Assembly: GCA_039192515.1 (NCBI GenBank)
Contig: JBCCXA010000009.1
Location: 925-64,924, forward strand
Length of the DNA stretch: 64,000 nt
Direction of reading: 5' to 3'
Source of the DNA: Verrucomicrobiota bacterium
GTDB lineage: Bacteria; Verrucomicrobiota; Verrucomicrobiia; Methylacidiphilales; JBCCWR01
Below are positions 19,893 to 28,579 of the stretch, piece after piece. Position 1 is the stretch's first letter. Each line of letters starts with the position of its first letter. The notes beneath the pieces are model-generated. The model had not been told where the DNA came from. It made no database searches and was given only the letters and a program-made list of their open reading frames with translations. A program made the position numbers and the translations under genes.

Positions 19893-22800
19893 ATGAATAA
19901 ACCACAGGAGGTATCTACCCAATATAAAGAACGCTTAGAGCGTGCGATGACACTTATTGAACGACTCAAAGGAAAGCTATCACAACAGAACCAGAGCTCT
20001 GCATCCACTGAGCCAATTGCCATTGTAAGTATGGCATGTCGGTTTCCTGGCAGTGTAGCAGATCCTGAGGGGCTGTGGGAATTGTTAGAAAATGGACGTG
20101 ATGCTATTACGCAAGTGCCTTCGGATCGGTGGGATGCTGAGGAACTATATGATGGAGCTCCGGCTGTTCCGGGAAAAGTCATTAACAAGCAAGGTGGCTT
20201 CATTGATAAAGTAAAGGAATTTGATCCCCTATTCTTTGGAATATCGCCCAAAGAGGCACATACTATGGATCCTCAACAGCGGATATTAATGGAGGTTTCT
20301 TATGAGGCACTTGTCCGCTTAGGTATGAATCCCAAACAAGCTTCAAGTATTGAGGCTGGAGTTTTTGTTGGAGTGAGTGGCACGGACTATGCCAGACATT
20401 TATCTCAGCTTTCAGGAGAGCAAATAGATCCTTATTTAGCTACAGGAAATTCTGCAAGTGTGTTAGCGGGACGCCTTTCTTACGTGCTTAGAATGACGGG
20501 TCCAAGTCTTAGTATAGATACCTCGTGCTCGTCTTCTTTGGTAGCTGTTCATTTGGCTTGCCAGAGTCTTCAGAATCAGGAATGCGAACTTGCTTTAGCC
20601 GGCGGTGTGAATTGCATTCTGACGCCGGAAGTAAGTATCGCCTTTTCTCAGGCTCGGATGCTTTCGCCGAGAGGGCGTTGTCATACCTTTTCAAGTAAGG
20701 CAGATGGTTTTGTGCGAGCAGAAGGTTGTGGGATGGTTGCTCTCAAAAAGCTATCTAAAGCACGAGTTGATGGAGATCAGGTTCTTGGGATTATTCGCGG
20801 TTCGGCTATCAACCAAGACGGAGGGAGTGGGGGTCTTACAGTTCCCAATGGGCACTCCCAACAAAAGCTTATTCAATCTGCTTTAAAGACATCAGGAGCA
20901 TCACCAGAAGATCTTTACTATCTAGAAGCTCATGGCACTGGAACCGAGTTGGGAGACCCCGTCGAGCTGAATGCGTTGAGTGAAGTCTTTAAAGAGAGCC
21001 ATTCTCCAGAACGTCCACTTTTGATTGGGTCAATAAAAACTAATCTTGGGCATATGGAAGCTGCAGCAGGCATAGGGGGGTTGATGAAAGTAGTTCTTTC
21101 TATGCAGCATGGAATGTTACCTAAGCATCTCCATTTTTCGGAACCGACTCCTCATGTAAAATGGGATAAGATTCCAATCAAAGTGACTGACCAAAAAGTG
21201 GAATGGCCTAGAGGGTCTTCTTCTCTAGCGGGAGTGAGTTCTTTCGGTTTTAGTGGCACCAATGCTCATGTTATTTTAGAACGATCAGAGGGCTCTCTAA
21301 AAAATTTAGAGCCAGTTCCTTCTACTTCAAATCATAAAAGAAGGTATTGGGTAGATATACCTAAAAACAAGAAAAGACGCCCATTACTTTCTCATCCCTG
21401 GCTGCAAGAAATGCTTTCTGTGGCACGCATTAACTCGAAGCATCTTGTTGTTTCTCAAAGTCTCTTTCGTGATGATGTTCTGAAACAACACCAAGTTCTT
21501 GGACAAGCTGTTTTTCCAGGGGTTGGTTTTCTCGAATTGCTATCCGCTGCATTCAAACATGTTTATGGATCTAAGAATATTTCCTTAAAGGATGTGAGCT
21601 TTGCTCGGGTACTATCATTGGATTCTGAGATGCCAGTTCAAATTGTTCTCAAGCAAGATACCGCGGAAGTTCTGCAACAAACTGAAACAGGTGAATGGCA
21701 AACATTGTGTGTTACGATGCTAGATCAAAGCTATCAAAAGGTTCACAATTTATCCATAAGTGATTTTCCTAGGTATGAGCTTTCTGAGGTGGCGCCAAGC
21801 CATGTTTATGAGCGGCTAGCAAGCCAAGGGGTTTCTTATGGGGAAGCATGGAAATTAATTGAATCTCTCCAAACAAAAGATGGCTATATTCGGGCTCATA
21901 TTAAGGCTCCTCAAGAGTCAGGAGGCTTTCATTATCACCCGTTTCTATTAGATGCTATTCTACAGACAATGGCTGCTGGCTTCTTGGAGAAGGAAGATGA
22001 TAAATATACCTATATTCCAGAGGGCGTAGGCCAAGTTATCTTTCATGTCGAAAAACTCTGTGGTGAGGTATTTACCGTGTTAGGAAAGATGAAATCTGGA
22101 GAGGGTTGGGTTAGTGCAGATTTTCTTTTGCAAGACGAAGAGGGAGCCGACTTAGTAACTTTCAAAGATATTCGTTTGCGTCCTCTCACTAAAAACTGGA
22201 TTACCAGAGTCAATCGGGCTTCGGTTAAGGATTGGTTTTATTCAGTGGACTGGAAGCTCGATAATATTCCCTCTAGGGAAAAAGGACACACTCCAGAACA
22301 ATTAGCTCGTCAGCTTATGGATGATGCAAAAGAGGCTCTCGAGGTTGAAGAAATCAAACGGTACCGAGAGGGATTACCTAACTTAGAGCGAGCTGCGGCT
22401 CAGCTGGCAGGAATTATTTTATCTAAGGTAGACTCGGAAAAAGTTATTCCGGAACAAAAAGTGCTGTGGAGGCATTTGCATAATAGAGCCCAAACAGAAA
22501 TTTTAGAAACCTCAACGTTTACCGACGAATTGCAGGCTGTCTTCCCGCAGGAAATCAAGCTGATCCAACGTTGCGCAAGTGAAGCTGTTGCCGTGGTGGA
22601 AGGAGACCAGGATCCTATGGAAGTTCTTTTTCCTAAAGGTGATAGCTCCGAATTAACCTGGCTCTACCAAAAATCAGACGCAGCACAACTGCTCAACAAA
22701 CAAATGTGTCTGAGCTTTGCTCAAATACGAAAGGGTCTAGGGCGTCCTCTTAAAATTCTGGAAGTTGGTGGGGGAACCGGCGGAACTACTGCGTTACTTA

Positions 22801-25800
22801 TCGAACTCTTGGGTAAGGATGATGAGTATGTTTTCACGGATGTTTCACCCTTTTTAGTAGACGAAGCCAAACAAAAATTTGGTCATTCAGAACAAATGCT
22901 TTTCAAAACACTCGACCTAAGTCAAAGCCTATTAGAGCAAGGATTTGATAGAAATACGTACGATTTGGTCATCGCGGCGAATGTCTTGCATGCAACTCCT
23001 GACATAGATAGCTCTGTTCGCAAGATTGGAGAACTTCTTTTGACTAACGGATATTTGCTTTTATTAGAGGGAGTTAAACCACTCCTTTGGCTAGATCTTA
23101 TATTCGGTTTGACCAAAGGCTGGTGGTCTTTTAACGACGAGTGGAGAGTCGATTATCCTCTTTTGTCCAGCACTACATGGCATAAGCTCTTTAATAGCAT
23201 GGGTTGGGAATCATCAACGATTACAGTTGGCGATTTGCCTCAAGCCGTCATGGTTGCTCAAAAAAGGGCGGAAAAAAATGAGAAGCTAGTCATATGGGCT
23301 GAGCATCGTCAAGGAGCTGGAACATTTGCCGAGCAAATACAAGCCGGAGTTCGGAACCTGTTGTCGCAGGTTAAAGCATGTCTAAGTGGGAAGCCACCCT
23401 GGCCGCAACTTGTGCTAGTGACTCAGGGTGCCACTGATTTACACGCTTTTCACCCTGAGCAAGCAACTCTATGGGGATTATCAAGAACCATTGAACTGGA
23501 ATTTCCTGGACTACAATGCCTGCGCATCGATCTCGACCCCACGAAAACGCTTGCTGAACAGAGAGATTTAGTCAATCAAGAACTAGAAAACTTGAGTCGA
23601 GGCTCGGTTCGGTTCCGAGATGGAAAACGATATGTAGCAAGGTTGCAACACGCAGAAAAAATAGAGTCTCTAAAAATTCCAGAAACGGATGCTTACGAAC
23701 TGAAATTGGAGAATACGCCAACTCGTTCATTGACCCTTGCTGAAGTTGAGCGAGAAAAACCAATATGTGGTGATATCGAAATTCGTGTGCAGGCCGCTGG
23801 GATCAATTTTATCGATGGGTTAGATATTGCAGGTATGCTTCCTTTCGAAAGAGGTTGGTTGGGAGTTGAATGCGCGGGCGAAGTGGTGTCAGTTGGTGAT
23901 AGTGTCACTGATTTTAAGATAGGTGATAAAGTTATGGCATTGGCTCCACGGGCATTTCGCACTTATGTCAATGTACCATCTGTTCTAGTAGCAAAGTGGC
24001 CAAATAATATTAAGACCGCACAGGCTGCCGCTACATTGCCGGTTAATTTCCTGACAGCCCAGCGCGCTCTTTGCGATATAGCACATTTGAAAAAAGGAGA
24101 GTCTGTTCTTATTCATTCGGGTGCGGGAGGTACAGGGATGGCAGCCATTCAAGTCGCACAACATCTGGGAGCTACGGTTTATGCCACATCGAGCCGTGCT
24201 AAGTGGCCAGTTCTGAAGCGATTAGGCGTTAAGAATATTTTTGATAGCCGCAGTTTAGGCTTTGCTGTGGAAGTAATCAAAGCCACGCAGGGGCAAGGGG
24301 TTCAGGTTGTTCTTAACTCATTAACAGGTGACTATATTGAAAAAGGTCTTTCTATTTTAGCCAAGGATGGACGGTTTATTGAATTAGGAAAGCGAGGCAT
24401 TTGGACCAAGGAACAAATCGGTGAATTTCGATCCGATATTCAGTATCACATTGTGGATTTATTTTCTGAAAGTGAACAACGCATCAAGCTTTGGCGATCT
24501 GAGGGTAAAGGGGATTCTATTTTCAAGGGTTTGCTTCCAGTTCAGGCATTACCAGAAACTTCATTTCCTATTCAAGAGGCTCCTCGAGCTGTAAAGTTTT
24601 TCCAGCGTTCCCGCCATGTGGGAAAGGTAGTGCTAGATTTTGATCGGACCCAAAGTCCGGTTCGTCAAGATGCTTCTTATGTGATTACTGGAGGAGCTGG
24701 AGGGCTGGGGCTTGAAACAGCTCGTTGGTTGGTGGAGCAAGGCGCCAGGCACGTTTTGTTACTAGGCCGAAATATTCCAAAGTCGGATGATCCTAGATTA
24801 CTCATCATAAAAGAAGCCATTGAGAAGAATTGGGTGTGGTTTGAGAGTGCAGATGTTTCTGAGCGTGCTGCAGTTGAGGGAGTCTTGAAGCATGCTCAAG
24901 AACGTGCACCATTGCGCGGTATTTTTCATAGTGCGGGTGTCTTGTCTAATGCCACGATTCAGGAGTTATCTTGGGATGAGGTGAATTATGTTTTTGGTCC
25001 CAAGGTTTGGGGAGGTTGGCATTTGCATGAATTGACAGCTCATCTGGAGCTTGATTTATTTGTTTTGTATTCATCTGCAGCTTCTTTGCTCGGTTCTCCA
25101 GGCCAGGGAAATCATGTCGCAGCAAATGCTTTCCTGGATGCACTGGCGCATCATCGAAGATCACTCGGTTTACCTGCCCAAAGTTTCAATTGGGGAGCTT
25201 GGTCTCAGGTTGGATCGGCAGCCTCTCAGTCAACCCAAATGGAATTGGCAAAACGAGGGATTTCTATGATAGATCCTCAAAGTGGAATTAAATGCCTATC
25301 ACTTGCCCTCCAAAGGCCAGATTGTTGCCAGTTAGGGTTGGTTCGGGTTGACTGGAAAACTTTATTAAAAGCAGGTTTGTCTCTTGATCCATTTTTTGAA
25401 TATTTTGCTCGGTCCATATCAAAAGAAAGGCATGAAAATAAAGCATTAAAAACCGGGAAGGAAGGAGAATGGATTAAAGAATTAAAGAATCTTCCCAGAG
25501 GGCAATGGAGTCATTACCTAAACAAGAAAATTCGAGAAGAATTGGCTCAAGTCATCGGATTACAGGCTGGGGACTTGCCACCGGCTGACGCAGGATTTTT
25601 CGATCTTGGGGTGGATTCATTGATGAGTGTCGATTTAAAAAATCGGTTAGCGTTGTATCTGGCCACTGATATTTCTCCTACGCTTATCTTTCAGCATCCA
25701 ACCATCAGCGCTCTCGCACAAAAACTTACTGAGTTGTTAGAGAATCAAATGAATGTCTTAGGAAAAAACAAAATTCAAAGCAAACAATCGATTGATGTCT

Positions 25801-25916
25801 CTACTCTAAAACTAGATGACGATTCGGAGACAAAACTTTTAGTGTCCGAAGTTTCTGGCAAGGACATTGCCTCTGAGCTCTTAGCTCTTGAAGAGTTATT
25901 AGAGGAGTCCTCATAA
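19893..25916 (+). CDS. Type I PKS module KS-DH-cMT-ER-KR-ACP lacking an AT domain
   Basis: KS: DTSCSSS, HGTGT, KTNLGH. DH: HQVLGQAVFP and LLDAILQ. MT: LEVGGGTGG and ANVLHAT. ER: LIHSGAGGTG. KR: TGGAGGLG. ACP: FDLGVDSL. Only about 40 aa separate the KS end from the DH start, with no GHSxG. Confidence 0.9.
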   Translation: MNKPQEVSTQYKERLERAMTLIERLKGKLSQQNQSSASTEPIAIVSMACRFPGSVADPEGLWELLENGRDAITQVPSDRWDAEELYDGAPAVPGKVINKQGGFIDKVKEFDPLFFGISPKEAHTMDPQQRILMEVSYEALVRLGMNPKQASSIEAGVFVGVSGTDYARHLSQLSGEQIDPYLATGNSASVLAGRLSYVLRMTGPSLSIDTSCSSSLVAVHLACQSLQNQECELALAGGVNCILTPEVSIAFSQARMLSPRGRCHTFSSKADGFVRAEGCGMVALKKLSKARVDGDQVLGIIRGSAINQDGGSGGLTVPNGHSQQKLIQSALKTSGASPEDLYYLEAHGTGTELGDPVELNALSEVFKESHSPERPLLIGSIKTNLGHMEAAAGIGGLMKVVLSMQHGMLPKHLHFSEPTPHVKWDKIPIKVTDQKVEWPRGSSSLAGVSSFGFSGTNAHVILERSEGSLKNLEPVPSTSNHKRRYWVDIPKNKKRRPLLSHPWLQEMLSVARINSKHLVVSQSLFRDDVLKQHQVLGQAVFPGVGFLELLSAAFKHVYGSKNISLKDVSFARVLSLDSEMPVQIVLKQDTAEVLQQTETGEWQTLCVTMLDQSYQKVHNLSISDFPRYELSEVAPSHVYERLASQGVSYGEAWKLIESLQTKDGYIRAHIKAPQESGGFHYHPFLLDAILQTMAAGFLEKEDDKYTYIPEGVGQVIFHVEKLCGEVFTVLGKMKSGEGWVSADFLLQDEEGADLVTFKDIRLRPLTKNWITRVNRASVKDWFYSVDWKLDNIPSREKGHTPEQLARQLMDDAKEALEVEEIKRYREGLPNLERAAAQLAGIILSKVDSEKVIPEQKVLWRHLHNRAQTEILETSTFTDELQAVFPQEIKLIQRCASEAVAVVEGDQDPMEVLFPKGDSSELTWLYQKSDAAQLLNKQMCLSFAQIRKGLGRPLKILEVGGGTGGTTALLIELLGKDDEYVFTDVSPFLVDEAKQKFGHSEQMLFKTLDLSQSLLEQGFDRNTYDLVIAANVLHATPDIDSSVRKIGELLLTNGYLLLLEGVKPLLWLDLIFGLTKGWWSFNDEWRVDYPLLSSTTWHKLFNSMGWESSTITVGDLPQAVMVAQKRAEKNEKLVIWAEHRQGAGTFAEQIQAGVRNLLSQVKACLSGKPPWPQLVLVTQGATDLHAFHPEQATLWGLSRTIELEFPGLQCLRIDLDPTKTLAEQRDLVNQELENLSRGSVRFRDGKRYVARLQHAEKIESLKIPETDAYELKLENTPTRSLTLAEVEREKPICGDIEIRVQAAGINFIDGLDIAGMLPFERGWLGVECAGEVVSVGDSVTDFKIGDKVMALAPRAFRTYVNVPSVLVAKWPNNIKTAQAAATLPVNFLTAQRALCDIAHLKKGESVLIHSGAGGTGMAAIQVAQHLGATVYATSSRAKWPVLKRLGVKNIFDSRSLGFAVEVIKATQGQGVQVVLNSLTGDYIEKGLSILAKDGRFIELGKRGIWTKEQIGEFRSDIQYHIVDLFSESEQRIKLWRSEGKGDSIFKGLLPVQALPETSFPIQEAPRAVKFFQRSRHVGKVVLDFDRTQSPVRQDASYVITGGAGGLGLETARWLVEQGARHVLLLGRNIPKSDDPRLLIIKEAIEKNWVWFESADVSERAAVEGVLKHAQERAPLRGIFHSAGVLSNATIQELSWDEVNYVFGPKVWGGWHLHELTAHLELDLFVLYSSAASLLGSPGQGNHVAANAFLDALAHHRRSLGLPAQSFNWGAWSQVGSAASQSTQMELAKRGISMIDPQSGIKCLSLALQRPDCCQLGLVRVDWKTLLKAGLSLDPFFEYFARSISKERHENKALKTGKEGEWIKELKNLPRGQWSHYLNKKIREELAQVIGLQAGDLPPADAGFFDLGVDSLMSVDLKNRLALYLATDISPTLIFQHPTISALAQKLTELLENQMNVLGKNKIQSKQSIDVSTLKLDDDSETKLLVSEVSGKDIASELLALEELLEESS

Positions 25917-25948
25917 TTTCAGAACGCTTCTCTAAAATATCATGCAAC

Positions 25949-25986
25949 AAAAAACCTATCTCTCACTAGGGCGAGATAGGTTTTTT
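25949..25986. terminator. Bidirectional intrinsic terminator
   Basis: AAAAAACCTATCTC-tcactagggc-GAGATAGGTTTTTT, lying between the convergent PKS and PEP-CTERM genes. Confidence 0.85.
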
Positions 25987-26006
25987 GAGTGACGGTATTT
26001 ATTAAG

Positions 26007-26693
26007 TCATTTCCTAGCGCTACGACGAAGAAGCGCTAGGGCAGCTGCGCCTACAGCAAGCAGAGCATATGTAGAAGGTTCTGGAACCACTTCAATGCTG
26101 GCTGTACCATCAGCATCCCATTGATGACGAACAAAAACGAAAGCGCCTACTTGATCATCGACATCTAAATCGAAGGAACTTTCTGTTAGTATAAGGCCAC
26201 TAGTTTCGCTAAATACACCTGGACCAAAACCACTTTGAAATGTGAATGAAACATCTGCATCTAGGCTTAAGCTAGTCAGTAACCCATCAGTGAAAGACGC
26301 CGATCCTGAATTAATGGCAAGAGTCGTCGTATAATTGGTATCGTTAAGGACTGAGAATGTCCCGCTAATATATTGTGCAAAATCAAAAGTAGCATCAGTG
26401 ATATTGAAACTTTCAGATCCAGAACCAATGAGATCACCGTCTAGGCTTAAGCTTCCCACACTATTCCAGTTTCCTTCGCTAGGAAAAACGTCGAGGTCTC
26501 CCCCTAGTTGATTATTAGTATCAATGTCATACATGCCATCTGGTTCCAGGTCTACCTGAGCATATCCGTTAGAGAAATAGTCATAGACACGACTGCTCCC
26601 ATTAGCCGTCAGATCAACATTTAATACAGTTACTGCTTGAGCACTAACAGACATAACACTGATCATACACGTTAGTAATAATGATTTTTTCAT
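26007..26693 (-). CDS. PEP-CTERM surface protein
   Basis: Signal peptide. C-terminal VVPEPSTYALLAVGAAALALLRRSARK. Confidence 0.9.
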   Translation of the reverse strand: MKKSLLLTCMISVMSVSAQAVTVLNVDLTANGSSRVYDYFSNGYAQVDLEPDGMYDIDTNNQLGGDLDVFPSEGNWNSVGSLSLDGDLIGSGSESFNITDATFDFAQYISGTFSVLNDTNYTTTLAINSGSASFTDGLLTSLSLDADVSFTFQSGFGPGVFSETSGLILTESSFDLDVDDQVGAFVFVRHQWDADGTASIEVVPEPSTYALLAVGAAALALLRRSARK

Positions 26694-26706
26694 CTTTCTT
26701 CTCCTA

Positions 26707-27576
26707 TTATTTATTAAAATTTGATGTACGAGTTACATCTATCTTTTTCTTGATTGAAATTAGTAATGTTGCCAGGCCAATGACGAGCATGGCCCATGTC
26801 GAAGGTTCCGGAATAACATAATTACCCTGTGCATCAAATACCAAGTGTGTGTTCTCTAAAGGCCCCAAGGCAGTTGTGTTATCTTGTATAACATCAACAT
26901 CAAATGCAAAGGAGTTTCCAGAAAAGGTGAGTAAACCATCGTATGAGCTGCCAAAGGGCAGAGATCCTAGCAACTGAGGGGTGATGGCAATGTCAGCGAC
27001 GAAATCGATGCTCGTTAATTCACCATTTACAAAAGTTAGACCAGCACCTGTCAAATCTCCGATACTGGCAGCATAGTCCCAGGCGAATTCGTTGTTGATA
27101 TTTCTGGGACTAAACAAAGGCGAAAAATCGGCTAGGTCTAAAGAGAGTGTAAAGTCTGATAACCCTAATACTTCTGTCCCGCTGCCTGTAAGTAAAGTGT
27201 CATCGTAGCTGATATCACCCACATCAAATATGCCAAAGTCACTATCCGTAATCGTCTTTTGTAAGACATTGAAATTGGCTTCCTCAAAGCTATAAGTAGT
27301 AGAAGCCGACAATTGTTCAGATACAATCATAACCCATACCCCTGCTCCGCCGTTCTTACTTGGATCCCAATAGTAAGGATATTCGAAGGGTTTTGAACCG
27401 GGTAAACCAGAGTTTGGTTCAACTAACTCTGATTGGATATTTGTAATATACAAAGAGCCTGTTCCATTATTTGTGCTGAGATCAACAAATTGAGTCGTGG
27501 AATGCGCTGCTGTGTTCAAAAGTAATACCGTGCTTGTTAAATAAAGTAAGTTTTTAAGCAGACCTTTTTTAATCAT
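26707..27576 (-). CDS. PEP-CTERM surface protein
   Basis: Signal peptide. C-terminal VIPEPSTWAMLVIGLATLLISIKKK. Confidence 0.88.
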   Translation of the reverse strand: MIKKGLLKNLLYLTSTVLLLNTAAHSTTQFVDLSTNNGTGSLYITNIQSELVEPNSGLPGSKPFEYPYYWDPSKNGGAGVWVMIVSEQLSASTTYSFEEANFNVLQKTITDSDFGIFDVGDISYDDTLLTGSGTEVLGLSDFTLSLDLADFSPLFSPRNINNEFAWDYAASIGDLTGAGLTFVNGELTSIDFVADIAITPQLLGSLPFGSSYDGLLTFSGNSFAFDVDVIQDNTTALGPLENTHLVFDAQGNYVIPEPSTWAMLVIGLATLLISIKKKIDVTRTSNFNK

Positions 27577-27593
27577 GCCGAGAAAATACTTAA

Positions 27594-27612
27594 ACTGAGA
27601 CTCATGTGCAAT
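27594..27612. promoter_or_regulatory. Fur-like 19-bp operator
   Basis: ACTGAGACTCATGTGCAAT, 18 bp upstream of the 27576 start. 16/19 identical to the box at 32137. Confidence 0.55.
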
Positions 27613-27718
27613 AAGAAATTTAATTAATTAATGAAATACTTATTTAAACCACTGGATAGGACGTCTCGAGCTCGATAGACACCTGTAATGAAAAAGTCTA
27701 AGCTTATACTGAAAAGAT

Positions 27719-28498
27719 TTAGAGATTTAATGAGAATGCAATGGGGACAACTAGAGGCATCTCAACCGGAAAATCGTTGATTGTTCCAGGGTAAAACTTC
27801 CATCGGAGTGCAGTCTGATAAGCCTTTTGATCTAGGACTTCATGACCGGAACCCTCGATAATATCAATGTCTAAAACCGATCCTTCACTTGAAATCATTA
27901 ATTTAAGAAGTACGCGACCTTCATATTTATTTCTCCTAGCAAGGACAGGGTAGCTAGGAGCTGGGCAATCCTTATAAGTAGGTCGCTTGCGAACTTTAAT
28001 CGCTTTTTGGCCGTGACTATTCAGAGGCCGAGAATAAGTAATCATGGATCTACTGCTATTAGAATTCGCCGCGCCTTGATTGGCTGGGGAAGCCATGACC
28101 TCAAATAACTCAGAACTAACAGTGGGTCCGTCATAGGAAACGATTACATCCAGCATATGACTCTCCAAAGCATCATCATTCAGGTTTTCAAAGGCCTTCT
28201 CAGTCAATATCTCTTCCATCTCTCTCTCAAATTCTAGGTCTTCACGATTATCTAAAACCAGAGCATTTGTTTCTTCTACTTGTATTTGAGGCGAACTCAG
28301 TTCCTCTTCAGGTATTTCCTGTGGTTCATCTACGATCAGAGGCTCAACCTGAATGGCCTGGAATTGCAGTCTTGGTTGGAAATGAAGGCCCTGGGTTCTA
28401 AATAAGATGATCCCACCGACAGCAGCAAAGAGAACAGAGTGAAATGCAATGGAAAGTAGCAGGCCCAATACTCCGGATGATCTTAGGGTTAACTTCAT
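27719..28498 (-). CDS. tonB: Energy transducer TonB
   Basis: N-terminal TM with SIAFH, acidic/Pro linker, and a C-terminal TonB domain PSYPVLARRNKYEGRVLLKLMISSEG...SGHEVLDQKA...WKFYPG. Confidence 0.88.
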   Translation of the reverse strand: MKLTLRSSGVLGLLLSIAFHSVLFAAVGGIILFRTQGLHFQPRLQFQAIQVEPLIVDEPQEIPEEELSSPQIQVEETNALVLDNREDLEFEREMEEILTEKAFENLNDDALESHMLDVIVSYDGPTVSSELFEVMASPANQGAANSNSSRSMITYSRPLNSHGQKAIKVRKRPTYKDCPAPSYPVLARRNKYEGRVLLKLMISSEGSVLDIDIIEGSGHEVLDQKAYQTALRWKFYPGTINDFPVEMPLVVPIAFSLNL

Positions 28499-28533
28499 GA
28501 GTAGGATTTATGTATCGATCGGAATGTAAAGTT

Positions 28534-28552
28534 ATTGAGATTGATTTTCAAG
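28534..28552. promoter_or_regulatory. Fur-like 19-bp operator between divergent tonB and receptor
   Basis: ATTGAGATTGATTTTCAAG, an imperfect 9-1-9 palindrome. Confidence 0.5.
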
Positions 28553-28579
28553 TATTAAGGCCTTAATAATCCTTTCTTC

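Noticed and set aside
3571-25269. Short antisense and alternate-frame ORFs inside NRPS/PKS genes
   Set aside because: They fully overlap long, motif-rich genes and show no recognisable motifs.
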